Assembly (NCBI GenBank): GCA_038211855.1
Contig: JBBQVE010000001.1
Coordinates: 17,648 to 81,647, forward strand
Length of the DNA stretch: 64,000 nucleotides
Reading direction: 5' to 3'
Source: Candidatus Saccharimonadales bacterium
Lineage (GTDB): Bacteria; Patescibacteriota; Saccharimonadia; Saccharimonadales; SZUA-47
Below are positions 8,441-18,035 of the stretch, one piece after another; within the stretch, counting starts at the first letter, position 1; each line of letters starts with the position of its first letter. Made by a program: the position numbers and the translations under genes. The notes beneath the pieces are model-generated. The model saw only the letters and a list, made by a program, of their open reading frames with translations, did not search any database and was not told the origin of the DNA.

Positions 8441-9925
8441 ATGGACTATCTAGACCCCATCAAGAAGCGCCGCCACCGCATACGACTGTACATCGGCTAC
8501 GGTCTTTTAACAGTTGCCGTCGCGATTGCTACGGTTATTCTCGTCTATATTGGTAACGGCTTCTATGTAGACCGAGTGACGGGTGATCTTATTCAAAATG
8601 GACAATTCTTTGTAAACAGCACACCCGACGGTGCATCTATCTTTCTGAATGGTCGCCAACAGCGACCCAAGACCGCTGGTCGATTAGTTGTTCCAAGCGG
8701 CGTGTATGATGTCTCCATCAAACGTGATGGCTACCGGGATTGGCGAGCCAATAATGTGCTACTCGAAGGTGGGACGGTCGAGCGGTTAGATTATGCGCGT
8801 CTTTTGCCGACCGTCCTTACACCAACGCCAGAACAGACTTTTGCAAACACATCCTATGCCGCGACAGAAAGCATCGACCGTCACTATATGACGCTTCAGT
8901 TTGCCGATCATCCGCTGAGTGTTTTTGTATTGGATCTTACGCAACCAGAAACTGCTCCAAAAGAAATAGCGTTGCCAAAAACGATCTTTAATGACCCAGC
9001 TCAAATTGGACAATTGAAAGTCACGGAGTGGGCCGACGATAGTAAACACTTCATTGTTAGCAACGTCGTGAACGGCGTCGTCCAAGACTATATATTAGTA
9101 AACAGTAATGCCCCCGACCAGTCACTCAATCTTACAAAAGAGCTGCATCTTGGTATAGCTGAGGTTACTTTCCATGATCGAGTCTATGATCAATATTATG
9201 TCTTTGACGCGACTGCCAAGACGCTCAGTACCGATAATTTAGCTGACAAAACACTTCGAGTAAAGGTCAAAGACGTCGTCACCTATAAAACGAATGGCAG
9301 CGACTACATACTCTACGTAACAGCGGCTGCTCCGGCCGATAAAGGCAAGATGCAAGTTCGACTCGAAACGGGCGACAAGTCGTATCTTATGCGAGAGGTA
9401 CCTGAATCGCCAACTTATCTGCTAGCAATTGCGAAGCTTGGCAATGCGCCTGTTATGGCTATTGGTGTCTCCAACGAAAATAAAGTAACCATTCTACGCG
9501 ACCCACTGACTTATTTGAGGGCGAATCCAAAGCAACTGTTGCCGCTACCGACGACCGTACTCCAGCTGAAAGCACCGACCGAAGTGTCGTTTTCAACAGA
9601 TGTGACAGCAGTGATGGCTCGTGGTGGTCTCAACTTTGCGACCCATAACTTTGATCTCGACAAGACGACAGCGTACAAACTGCCTGTACCAATCAGTGAC
9701 GTGCCGGTCCAGTGGGTAGATGGTAAGCACATGACGGCCATTAGTGGTGGTTCAGTCTATATGTTTGATTTTAGTGGTGAAAATCTTCAGAAAATGGTTG
9801 CGAGTCTCGATGGGCTTGGTATTTACTTCGACAATAGCTACCAGTCAGCTTATACTTTCACCGCCGATCAGAATGGCAAAGTCTTTAATATCAATCGCAC
9901 CCTTCTTATCGCCAAGAATCAGTAA
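8441..9925 (+). CDS. PEGA-domain membrane-anchored protein
   Basis: The ATG at 8441 is preferred because the track start at 8408 is GTG. An N-terminal TM helix is followed by a PEGA-like segment VNSTPDGASIFLNGRQ...SGVYDVSIKRDGY and then a long extracytoplasmic region. Confidence 0.5.
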   Translation: MDYLDPIKKRRHRIRLYIGYGLLTVAVAIATVILVYIGNGFYVDRVTGDLIQNGQFFVNSTPDGASIFLNGRQQRPKTAGRLVVPSGVYDVSIKRDGYRDWRANNVLLEGGTVERLDYARLLPTVLTPTPEQTFANTSYAATESIDRHYMTLQFADHPLSVFVLDLTQPETAPKEIALPKTIFNDPAQIGQLKVTEWADDSKHFIVSNVVNGVVQDYILVNSNAPDQSLNLTKELHLGIAEVTFHDRVYDQYYVFDATAKTLSTDNLADKTLRVKVKDVVTYKTNGSDYILYVTAAAPADKGKMQVRLETGDKSYLMREVPESPTYLLAIAKLGNAPVMAIGVSNENKVTILRDPLTYLRANPKQLLPLPTTVLQLKAPTEVSFSTDVTAVMARGGLNFATHNFDLDKTTAYKLPVPISDVPVQWVDGKHMTAISGGSVYMFDFSGENLQKMVASLDGLGIYFDNSYQSAYTFTADQNGKVFNINRTLLIAKNQ

Positions 9926-9994
9926 GCTTCATTTTAAGTCCGCACTCCAGGCGGTTTCAACCATTCCCCCACGAGAGGCCCTCGGCCACAAGCG

Positions 9995-11395
9995 TTAGAA
10001 CCAGTTTTTAATTTTTTGCCAAAGAGATGGTGAGTTGCCGGGTAGGATACCTTTGCTAGTCAGGGCTGGCGTCTTGTTTTCAACTTTCGCATTGGCGGCA
10101 GGATCTGGAGTTATCTGTTCACCGACCACAACCAGACGGTTCAGAGACGTGCCAGGAGGGTCACAAGTGATGAGCGTGGCGGAGTTGGCTTTTGAGGTTG
10201 GTCCAAGGACACTGACATCGGTCGGCTTTACGATTTTTTTATCAAATACTTGGTAGGTGTAGCGTACACCGCCCTTGTTTAGGCTAAAGGTATCACCAAT
10301 ATCGAGGCGCTTCAGCAGTACAAAAGCGAACTTATACTTCCCCTTGTTGAGGATATTGTTACTGGAGTGACCGACGATAACGACATTGCCGGTTTGACCA
10401 GGAACTGCCGAGGTTGAATAGTGTACAACACCGTCCTGCAAACTATCTTCAACAGCCTGTTCATTGTTGCTGTCGGTACCAAAGATGACAGGAATCTCGA
10501 GGTTAATCTTGGGAATAATGATTTCCTGATCTGGGCCGATATCGCCGGAGGTACCAATAATCGGCGTGGCACTCACCTGGTGACTTGGACTTATGAATGG
10601 TGCAATGAAGCGTTCATTGAAAAAGCTGAACAAGAGCAAAACAACGACCAATGATGCCATACCAAGCCCAAATAGCAGCGACTGGATGTGATGCTTTGCT
10701 GAAAGCTTTACGCCTTTTGGCATTGCTTTGCGCATCAGCTGGCGTTTGATTTCTGCAACTGTACGCGTGTCATTTGGCTTGTTTTTATCCCATGAACCGC
10801 CGACGACTTTTTCGGTTACTTCATCTGCTTCGTGGAGGGCTTTTTTGGGATGCTCGACGGGCTGTGCCTGAGCAGAATGGGCGCTATAAAACTCCTGCCA
10901 TACTTCATGTTTTTCGGCATCGGCCAATCCGGCGTAGTAAGCGTGCCATTCAATTTGAATCGCAGCCAGACTTTTGCCTGAATTCGTGAGATCGAGCATG
11001 TACTGCTGGTGTTTGGTACGTTCGGCGCCTGCCTGATAGGCTTCAATAGCTTCTTCGTCGGCATCAGGCTCATCTTTATAGATTTTGGCAAGTTTACTTC
11101 GCACGATGTTGAGAGCGGCCATATTGTGGTCTTTTTTAGCGTTCTGCTCTTCTTTTATGAGGAAGGCAGCATCTTGCTGTGGCGGTAAGACCAGAGAATG
11201 TTGACGTACTGATTCTTCTGACTCAGTTTCTCGATCGTCGTTAATATCGTTCACGCGATCCATGATCGCCTGCACATCTGCATCTGTTGTGACATCCGGC
11301 ATTGGATATTGCGAAGAAATCGGCTGCAGGTTCAGCTCCTTTTTCTTTAAAAGATGCCGCTTGGCATCCTCCTCCTCAGTCGGCGATGTAATCAT
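9995..11395 (-). CDS. Sortase-family transpeptidase with a ~235-aa acidic N-terminal extension
   Basis: 466 aa. The TM helix (LLFGLGMASLVVVLLLF) is near residue 240. The C-terminal sortase domain has GNVVIVGHSS and the catalytic-Cys motif TLITCDP. Confidence 0.7.
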   Translation of the reverse strand: MITSPTEEEDAKRHLLKKKELNLQPISSQYPMPDVTTDADVQAIMDRVNDINDDRETESEESVRQHSLVLPPQQDAAFLIKEEQNAKKDHNMAALNIVRSKLAKIYKDEPDADEEAIEAYQAGAERTKHQQYMLDLTNSGKSLAAIQIEWHAYYAGLADAEKHEVWQEFYSAHSAQAQPVEHPKKALHEADEVTEKVVGGSWDKNKPNDTRTVAEIKRQLMRKAMPKGVKLSAKHHIQSLLFGLGMASLVVVLLLFSFFNERFIAPFISPSHQVSATPIIGTSGDIGPDQEIIIPKINLEIPVIFGTDSNNEQAVEDSLQDGVVHYSTSAVPGQTGNVVIVGHSSNNILNKGKYKFAFVLLKRLDIGDTFSLNKGGVRYTYQVFDKKIVKPTDVSVLGPTSKANSATLITCDPPGTSLNRLVVVGEQITPDPAANAKVENKTPALTSKGILPGNSPSLWQKIKNWF

Positions 11396-11458
11396 AAGTA
11401 GTTAAGAATAGTATACCGCACTTAGACTCTAACAGGTATAATGTATCGGACTCCCTAT

Positions 11459-11545
11459 GCCGCAGTGGTGGAATGGTAGACACGCCGGACTCAAAATCCT
11501 GTGAGCTTTACGCTCGTGACGGTTCAAGTCCGTCCTGCGGCACCA
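11459..11545 (+). tRNA. tRNA-Leu (anticodon CAA), CCA encoded
   Basis: GCCGCAGTGGTGGAATGGTAGACACG...CTCAAAA... has a long variable arm (TGTGAGCTTTACGCTCGTGAC), a T-arm GGTTCAAGTCC and a 3' end CTGCGGC-A-CCA. The anticodon loop is CT-CAA-AA. Confidence 0.8.
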
Positions 11546-11583
11546 AACAAAAAAGAGATCGTTAGATCTCTTTTTTGTTTGGT
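11546..11583. terminator. A-tract/T-tract palindromic bidirectional terminator
   Basis: AAAAAAGAGATC-GTTA-GATCTCTTTTTT is a perfect inverted repeat. It lies directly after tRNA-Leu and contains the last codons and stop of the convergent minus-strand gene. Confidence 0.55.
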
Positions 11584-12371
11584 AGAAAAGAGGAGACGAG
11601 TGATTCGTAAGCTTTCGCCGGCTGCTGTAGCCAAAAAACAGTAGCTCTGGCAGCTGTCGAGACACGCCACATCTTTTCATCTGTATCCGTTCTTTGGGAG
11701 ACGACCCTGCCTTTGCTGCCGACAAATATCTGTCCATCATGGCAGAGGATCAAATGGGCTTGATGCAGTAAGCTAAATTCGTGCAACCAGGCGGCAACGA
11801 GGGTTGCCCCCATACTGAATAACAGCGGTTCATCATAGCCATCATGCATCGCTAGTTTCTGCAACTGCTCAATGCTGACGACAACTAAAGTATCCGGTCG
11901 ATTGAGGATGTCGGAAGGAGTTTTCAGGAAGTAATCGGCTGCATCTCGCGTAATAGTCAGGAGGCCTTGGTACTTTTTTACGAAGCTCTCGAGCGTCACG
12001 GCAGTCTCGCTGTTACGTCCTAGCTCGCCTGCGAGTAAAACGGCATCGGCCCAGTGCGAGTGCATAAGGAGTGCATCGAGGGCTTCGCGGCTAAAACTGC
12101 CACTGGGATTATTGGGCGCAAACTCGGCTTCTAACAGATGACTCCCAACGATTTTGCGCAGTGCCTCAGGCAACAAGACGCGGACGATGCCAATGCCAGC
12201 GTCAGTCGCTGATGCAAAAGCCTGCCCAGGCGCCGCAAAACCAAAACTGTTACCGCCTACTATCAGTAGTTTGCCGGCCCCCTGCTTGGTTTCGGGACGG
12301 CTCCAAAGAATATCTGGAAAAAGTGGCGTGTCATTACTCTGTTGCTGCCAGTAACTATCCATCGTAGCCAA
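11562..12371 (-). CDS. YjeF-C-like ADP-dependent NAD(P)H-hydrate dehydratase domain protein (standalone)
   Basis: 269 aa. The motif GAGKLLIVGGNSFGFAAPGQAFASATDAGIGIV resembles the YjeF_C signature (HKG..G..LIIGGS..Y.GA..LA..AA.R.GAGLV). DAVLLAGELG resembles DA.LIGPGLG. Confidence 0.45.
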   Translation of the reverse strand: MATMDSYWQQQSNDTPLFPDILWSRPETKQGAGKLLIVGGNSFGFAAPGQAFASATDAGIGIVRVLLPEALRKIVGSHLLEAEFAPNNPSGSFSREALDALLMHSHWADAVLLAGELGRNSETAVTLESFVKKYQGLLTITRDAADYFLKTPSDILNRPDTLVVVSIEQLQKLAMHDGYDEPLLFSMGATLVAAWLHEFSLLHQAHLILCHDGQIFVGSKGRVVSQRTDTDEKMWRVSTAARATVFWLQQPAKAYESLVSSFLPNKKEI

Positions 12372-12379
12372 TCTGTTAC

Positions 12380-13111
12380 CTATACGTTTACTGATTTTAG
12401 CACGTAACTGCCGTTCTCGGGCTGCAAGCCGTAGACGACGTCTTTACGTTCAAGTACGACCATCCAGTTTCTTTCGCGGGCGACCTTGAACAGTGCCTGA
12501 TTTGGGTTAAAGGCGATCGGTTGCGCCACCATATCGAACATGACAATGTCGCGACTAGTATCCCCAACGGCAATACTGCCACGGGTTAACAGATCATGTT
12601 TGGCAATAATCGACTTCAAAACCTCATCTTTTTTAGCGGCAAACGGCTCAACTTCACCTGTCAGCTTTTTGCCATCATCAGCATAGTAGACACCGGCAGC
12701 ACAACTGTTAAAACCGAGCGCCAGTGAGACAGCCTGCACGACACGTTGTTCTGAGCCGGAAATAGCAATCAAAAAGAAGTTATTCTTTTTGAGTGTGTCG
12801 ATTAACTGTCGGGTATAGACATAGGTTGTGGAGTTCAGCGAGAGGGCGACGGCATTCACCGCGGCTTCATAATCAGTCAGCTTCAGCTCACCGCCGGAAT
12901 GTTCAATGATCAGATCGACGGCCTGTTTCATATACGTGCCGAAGTCTTCGTCAGCAATCCGTTGTCGGCCATCATGCAGAATCCGCTCAATATCTCCTGC
13001 CACCGCACCGTCAAAGCTGCCGCGGTTCACCAACTCTTTGATAATCAGCTGCAGTAAACTGGTACGCACGATCGTACCGTCGATATCAAACACCGCAAAC
13101 TGTCGACTCAT
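12380..13111 (-). CDS. HAD-superfamily hydrolase (HAD-IB / SerB-like)
   Basis: 243 aa. HAD motif I is FDIDGTI. C-terminal GD.S.D-type residues (VGDTSRDI) are present. Confidence 0.55.
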   Translation of the reverse strand: MSRQFAVFDIDGTIVRTSLLQLIIKELVNRGSFDGAVAGDIERILHDGRQRIADEDFGTYMKQAVDLIIEHSGGELKLTDYEAAVNAVALSLNSTTYVYTRQLIDTLKKNNFFLIAISGSEQRVVQAVSLALGFNSCAAGVYYADDGKKLTGEVEPFAAKKDEVLKSIIAKHDLLTRGSIAVGDTSRDIVMFDMVAQPIAFNPNQALFKVARERNWMVVLERKDVVYGLQPENGSYVLKSVNV

Positions 13112-13146
13112 ATAAACATAAGTATATATGATTTAAGCGAAACCGT

Positions 13147-13944
13147 TTAGTCGGCGAGCTCAATACTGATCGGACAGTGGTCAGACCCCATTGCCTCTGG
13201 GTGAATCGTGGCTGCTTTGAGGGAGTCTTTCAGCGAGTCGCTGATCATAAAGTAGTCAATCCGCCAGCCGACGTTGCGTTGACGTGCCCCGCCCCAGGCA
13301 GTCCACCACGTGTAAGCATCTTTTTCATCTGGATGTAGGGTTCGAAAAGTGTCCAAAAAACCGGTAGCGATCATTTTATCGAAACCTTCACGTTCTTCTG
13401 TCGTAAAACCGTGTTTACCGACGTTTTCGGCCGGTCGAGCAAGGTCGATTTCTTGGTGGGCGACATTAAAGTCACCGCAAAAAATCACTGGTGCGTCCTT
13501 TTCTAGTTCTTTTACGTGTTCAAGAAAAGCCGGATCCCAGATTTTGTGGCGCATACTCAGGCGTTCCAGCTTTTCCTTGCTGTTTGGGGTATACACGGTC
13601 ACCACCCAGAAGTCCTTAAATCGAGCGCTCAATACCCTGCCCTCGTCTGTTGTGGTACCAAATATATCCTTAAAATCATATTTTTTTTGGATAGCGGCTG
13701 AAAAGCCATTCCGTACTTCTAATGGCTCTATTCTCGAGAAAATCGCGGTACCAGAATAACCTTTCTTCTGTGCTGAGTGCCAGTATTCGTGGTACCCCGG
13801 CAGAACAACAGGTGACTGCTCCGGCTGGGCCTTCGTCTCCTGCAAGCATAAGATATCTGGTAGTTCCCGCTCCACAAATTCCTGAAATAGCCCTTTGTTC
13901 CACACAGCGCGGATACCGTTGACGTTCCACGAATAAATCTTCAT
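13147..13944 (-). CDS. xth: Exodeoxyribonuclease III / AP endonuclease
   Basis: 265 aa with MKIYSWNVNGIRA...LCLQETK...GDFNV...DHCP, which are the EEP-family catalytic motifs. Confidence 0.85.
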   Translation of the reverse strand: MKIYSWNVNGIRAVWNKGLFQEFVERELPDILCLQETKAQPEQSPVVLPGYHEYWHSAQKKGYSGTAIFSRIEPLEVRNGFSAAIQKKYDFKDIFGTTTDEGRVLSARFKDFWVVTVYTPNSKEKLERLSMRHKIWDPAFLEHVKELEKDAPVIFCGDFNVAHQEIDLARPAENVGKHGFTTEEREGFDKMIATGFLDTFRTLHPDEKDAYTWWTAWGGARQRNVGWRIDYFMISDSLKDSLKAATIHPEAMGSDHCPISIELAD

Positions 13945-14267
13945 AAGATAATTGTATCATTTGACATTACCTTTCGCCGTTTACGGCTCGTCAGCACGAC
14001 TTTCACATTCGTGGAGGTAATAGGAGCAGAGATGAGGAATTGGATTTTTTGGTGCTGGGGTTAGCCGGCAAGTAAAAATGGTCCAGACTCATGTCTGCTC
14101 ACCTAGGACGATCCCAGGATTTAACGATTGCTCGCTCCACGAAAAGTTGGACCCTTCGCTTCTTTGCTAGCTTACAGTAAGACATCGTTCGTGCCTTATT
14201 CAATCTTGATATCCTCGAAAGGAAATCAGCCCGCCTGTGAATTCAGGTGTTGGGGGGGATTCGTGCG

Positions 14268-14924
14268 TTATCCGCCCGTGGTCGTCGATGTGACGTTTTG
14301 AGCAGCTGCAGCTTCTGCTTTGCGGTTGGCATCGCGCTCGGCAATTGTTTCACCAACAGATGAAGGCTTGTCAGTGGACGCATTGAACTGCGGCACATTG
14401 AAGATTGTCATCGGTGCATCTTGGTAGAGGGGCGACATCAGCTCAGGAACAAAGACGTAAACGTCTTCGGTAGTGAAGAAGAAGTAACCTTTCTCGTTTT
14501 CGCCGTAGCTGCCGTCGTCCGTTGGACTATGAACCACTACCGGCTGGCACCCATGATTGTGCTTACACGTCCAGTAAACCTGATCGGTAGGTGTCATCTG
14601 GGAGTTGGTGGAGCTGATCTTGCCCTTAATGGTGTAGTAGCCAATTGGCTCTTTCACCCCAGGGTTGAAGATGTAGGCATAGCCGAGCTTGTCAGGGTTA
14701 TTGAACCTGAGCAGCTTTTCACGCTGTTGCTCCAATTCCAGGAAGGTGTTCATCTGTGCCAGCGGGTACAAGTGCTGGGAGTTCACCTTATCCATGTAAC
14801 CGTTGACGACATCTTGACCAGCTGTCTGAGTCTTGCCGTCAGCTCCTGAGGCACCACTACTGCATGCTGCAGCAGTGAGGACGCAGGCCAAAACAAAACC
14901 GAGCATTCTGATAGGGTTCTTCAT
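14268..14924 (-). CDS. Predicted lipoprotein, hypothetical
   Basis: The start was chosen at the ATG at 14924 (MKNPIRMLGFVLACVLTAAACSSG) because AAGGAGAGAC lies immediately upstream. A signal peptide with a lipobox-like AAAC is present. The track's 61-aa N-terminal extension lacks an RBS. Confidence 0.45.
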   Translation of the reverse strand: MKNPIRMLGFVLACVLTAAACSSGASGADGKTQTAGQDVVNGYMDKVNSQHLYPLAQMNTFLELEQQREKLLRFNNPDKLGYAYIFNPGVKEPIGYYTIKGKISSTNSQMTPTDQVYWTCKHNHGCQPVVVHSPTDDGSYGENEKGYFFFTTEDVYVFVPELMSPLYQDAPMTIFNVPQFNASTDKPSSVGETIAERDANRKAEAAAAQNVTSTTTGG

Positions 14925-14973
14925 GTCTCTCCTTGTGTAGGAATTCTGGTTGTACTTCTGTACTTCTAGTTGG

Positions 14974-15447
14974 CTAGGCGTTGGGCTTGCAGTCGGTTTT
15001 TGGATCCTGCTGGTTGATCTGCTGTGGCAGGTCAGGCGTTCTCCAGTCTTGTGCAAGCACTTTGTGCCCATTGGCATCGTATTCGGTGACGGCCGATACG
15101 CACACATTCTCTACTCCTATCAGGTTCTGCTGGTCGATGGTCGTGTCTTTGCCGGCCTTAGTGTCTGTATCGATTGCCTGTTGGGCGATACCGATCTTTA
15201 GATCTAGTGCCTTGATGGCGGCGAAACGATCTTCGAAAGCCTGCTGCTGTTCAGTACGGTTCTGATTGCTGTTGTTCTGGATAATCTGATCGCCACGACC
15301 TTTCGGGCCGCTGAGCAGAACCTTGAGTCCCCAACCGCCAAGCGAAAGAACGATCGTTGCCAGAATGGCAATGATCACCCACTTCTTGGTAGTATTGACG
15401 ACATCGCGGTCGCTCATGTTGAAGTTGCCCTCATTGTCGTATTTCAC
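14974..15447 (-). CDS. Hypothetical membrane-anchored protein
   Basis: 157 aa. A GTG start at 15447 is preceded by AAGGAG with 7-nt spacing. It has one TM helix (WVIIAILATIVLSLGGWGL) and a Q/N-rich extracytoplasmic tail. Confidence 0.4.
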   Translation of the reverse strand: MKYDNEGNFNMSDRDVVNTTKKWVIIAILATIVLSLGGWGLKVLLSGPKGRGDQIIQNNSNQNRTEQQQAFEDRFAAIKALDLKIGIAQQAIDTDTKAGKDTTIDQQNLIGVENVCVSAVTEYDANGHKVLAQDWRTPDLPQQINQQDPKTDCKPNA

Positions 15448-15506
15448 TAGTGTCTCCTTGATAGGATGTCACCTGCAGATGCAGTACGTCGAGTAAAAGC
15501 TGATTT

Positions 15507-15559
15507 GCTTAGACCGATAAAAACAAACAAATAGTTTATTTACTTATGCCGGTCTAAGC
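15507..15559. repeat. Intergenic palindromic element (10-bp perfect inverted repeat GCTTAGACCG / CGGTCTAAGC around a 33-nt AT-rich spacer)
   Basis: The arms are at 15507-15516 and 15550-15559. The element sits in a 292-nt AT-rich intergenic region upstream of the gene starting at 15447. No adjacent U-tract is present, so it is more likely an operator than a terminator. Confidence 0.4.
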
Positions 15560-15739
15560 GTTTCTATAGCACGAATTGTCAATTTGCATCCTTCACGCGA
15601 TTTGCATCGGCCCAAAGAACGTATATAATTATACAACATAGTTTACAATTAAACAATAGTATGTCTTACTGATTTTATTGACAAAAAGGAGTATAATAGA
15701 AGATAGTAGCTAAAATAGCAAACATAGTAATAAACAGAC

Positions 15740-16408
15740 TTAATGACGATTCGACTGTTTCATTTTAACCGGCATAAAGCCAAATCTGCGCCGCGGGTCG
15801 ACTCCGACAAATCCTCTGACTATCGTATTATTAGAAAGATTAGTCGGGCTGGTATGAGTGGTATGTCTGCTCGGCATTTCAAGCGTAATAGCTTTATCTG
15901 GCAAAGTTATAAATTTCACTCCAGGAAGTAACTTGAGTACTGGCTCGTAGCCATGCTTGTTCATCAGCAATTCGAGTATGGACGAACTTTCAGACGTTTC
16001 GTGTTCCTTTAGCCCAAGTTCACTCACCGCGGCGTTGAGTTCAATTGGAGTGTAGGAGCCATGTACGACATCTGTATTTAAACCCCAGCTTGTTGCCAGC
16101 AGATACATGTCGTCATGGTGCCATCGATAGTGACCACGGTCACCGGGCTTTAAACGAGCACCCGTTGCATAGACTTGACGTGGCATAGTTACCTGCAAAC
16201 CGGCTTCCTGTGCGCATTCCAACATATACTTTCCAATGTCGTGATACGGTCGCCAATCAAGTAATCGCGGATGGTTATTGAAGTCGTTTTTTGGGGCGGC
16301 CTCAATAAGTTCATCTGGCACCTGACCAATAATGAACGGCTCCGGAAGTTTGATCGCCTCAGACAAGGCCTCGGTAGACATAAAGATATAGTATCGCATA
16401 AAAAGCAT
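15740..16408 (-). CDS. Hypothetical protein, possibly PhyH-like 2OG-Fe(II) oxygenase (WHxD motif)
   Basis: 222 aa. The motif RWHHDDMYL resembles the pWHqD iron-binding motif of the phytanoyl-CoA dioxygenase family. This is a weak call. Confidence 0.3.
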   Translation of the reverse strand: MLFMRYYIFMSTEALSEAIKLPEPFIIGQVPDELIEAAPKNDFNNHPRLLDWRPYHDIGKYMLECAQEAGLQVTMPRQVYATGARLKPGDRGHYRWHHDDMYLLATSWGLNTDVVHGSYTPIELNAAVSELGLKEHETSESSSILELLMNKHGYEPVLKLLPGVKFITLPDKAITLEMPSRHTTHTSPTNLSNNTIVRGFVGVDPRRRFGFMPVKMKQSNRH

Positions 16409-16444
16409 AAAAATGCAACATAAGCTTTATATTTCATAGAAGTT

Positions 16445-17191
16445 ATGGCAGAAACTTATCCTGCTCTGCTACACTATCGGTTAATGGCATACAAACGAGT
16501 CCTTTTGAAACTTTCAGGTGAGCAGTTAGCTGGTGACGCAGCGGGCGGCTTTGATCCAGAACGCGGCGCTTGGCTGGCAAGTGAAATCAAAAAAGTTGTG
16601 GAGAATGGCGTTCAGGTTGCCATCATCGTCGGTGGTGGCAACATTGTGCGCGGTGCAACGACGGCCGGGAACGGTATTCGCCGCGTCACGGCAGATCATA
16701 TGGGCATGTTGAGCACGATGATCAATGGCCTTGCTTTAACCGATATTTTTGAAGCCAATGGCATTCAGACGCGTTGTTTGAGCAATATTTTTGCAGAACA
16801 AGTTGCCGAAAATTACTCTTTTCGGCTCGCAGATAAACATCTTGAAAATGGCCGTGTAGTAATCGTAGCCGGTGGCGTGGGACGTCCCTACTTTACAACC
16901 GATACTGGTTCGGTCAACCTCGCACTCGAGCTCGGCTGTGACGTTGTGCTAAAGAGCACCAAAGTCGATGGCGTCTACGATAAAGACCCAACGAAATTCC
17001 CTGATGCAGTTAAATATGACACACTCGATTACCAACAGGCCGTTGAAAACCCTAATATCATGGTTATGGACAAGGCGGCAATGGGACTCGCAATGGAGCA
17101 TAAAATTCCTATCATCATCTTTGAAGTTGATAAGCCCGATAACATCGCCAAAGTTGTAACCGGCGAAAAAGTCGGCACACTTATCTCGTAG
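16445..17191 (+). CDS. pyrH: UMP kinase
   Basis: YKRVLLKLSGEQL, IIVGGGNIVRG and later motifs typical of PyrH are present. The true start may be the ATG at 16484 (MAYKRV...). Confidence 0.85.
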   Translation: MAETYPALLHYRLMAYKRVLLKLSGEQLAGDAAGGFDPERGAWLASEIKKVVENGVQVAIIVGGGNIVRGATTAGNGIRRVTADHMGMLSTMINGLALTDIFEANGIQTRCLSNIFAEQVAENYSFRLADKHLENGRVVIVAGGVGRPYFTTDTGSVNLALELGCDVVLKSTKVDGVYDKDPTKFPDAVKYDTLDYQQAVENPNIMVMDKAAMGLAMEHKIPIIIFEVDKPDNIAKVVTGEKVGTLIS

Positions 17192-17209
17192 CACATATCT
17201 TCAAAAATA

Positions 17210-17518
17210 TTGTATACTAATCTCTTCATGGATGATTTTGAAGAGTTCCACTACGTTGACGATGTACTAAGGGTACATGGCTATTCTGTTCTTCGAACAT
17301 CGTTCCAAGCCCGGACTTCGTTACGCGAATGGATTGGCCGCGGCGCTATGAGTTTTATTACTATGGGTCCGAATGATTCGAAGGCTACCACTAATAGACT
17401 GATGGGTACGGGTGTCATCGGTCTCGCTGCAATTGGATTAAATCAAATCATGGCCACTAAAACCGGCCTGAATCCGCTGGATATGGCAACGCACCTCATG
17501 CTACCGAGCGGTCAATAA
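17210..17518 (+). CDS. Hypothetical protein (102 aa)
   Basis: The ORF is present but no motif was recognised. Confidence 0.3.
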   Translation: MYTNLFMDDFEEFHYVDDVLRVHGYSVLRTSFQARTSLREWIGRGAMSFITMGPNDSKATTNRLMGTGVIGLAAIGLNQIMATKTGLNPLDMATHLMLPSGQ

Positions 17519-17973
17519 CGGCCTTTTAGCTCTCGTTGTACATTGCGGGCGTCATCTTTAATTTTGAGACTATGGCGCTTGTCGTACTGCTTTTTGCCTT
17601 TGCCGATAGCGATGCGAACTTTTATAAAGCGGGTACGTGTCAGGACTTCCGTTGGAACAATAGTTGAGCCTTCGTGTTTAGCGCTCATCAAGGCGTTGAT
17701 TTCACGACGTTTCGCCAGTAGTTTACGTGCCCGAGTCTGTTCATCAACATCAATCGGCAGGCCCACATTCCCCGTAATTGTCATGTTGTTGAGCCATAGT
17801 TCCCCATCGCGGACGTTCACAAATGCGCCCCGTAATTGGCCTTTGCCAAGGCGTAAAGCCTTCGTCTCGCGGCCGTTCAAAGCAATACCCACCAACAATT
17901 CATCGCCCAAATCATAGTCGAATCTGGCGCGGTTGTTTTGGATGCGTTTGACTTGAGGCTGCTTGTTTTTCAC
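17512..17973 (-). CDS. smpB: SsrA-binding protein
   Basis: 153 aa. NRARFDY..., GIALNG.E.K and the C-terminal basic tail are typical of SmpB. Confidence 0.8.
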   Translation of the reverse strand: MKNKQPQVKRIQNNRARFDYDLGDELLVGIALNGRETKALRLGKGQLRGAFVNVRDGELWLNNMTITGNVGLPIDVDEQTRARKLLAKRREINALMSAKHEGSTIVPTEVLTRTRFIKVRIAIGKGKKQYDKRHSLKIKDDARNVQRELKGRY

Positions 17974-18035
17974 TTCTATATAATAACAGAGGTTGAGTCA
18001 TAGACATAACCGTATATAAATGCTATAATAATTTT

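Noticed and set aside
9940-9958. Weak hairpin CCGC-ACTCCAG-GCGG-TTTC after the PEGA gene
   Set aside because: It has only a 4-bp stem and a poor U-tract. It is too weak to call a terminator with confidence.
14226-14262. CGAATCCCCCCC/G-run resembling a tRNA-like T-arm, considered as tmRNA since smpB is in the window
   Set aside because: No TTCGAAT loop and no acceptor stem or CCA are present. A small hairpin CGCCTG/CAGGTG, possibly a weak terminator for the lipoprotein gene, explains it. No ssrA was found in this window.
14925-15107. 61-codon N-terminal extension of the lipoprotein ORF
   Set aside because: The signal peptide and RBS are found at the internal ATG at 14924.
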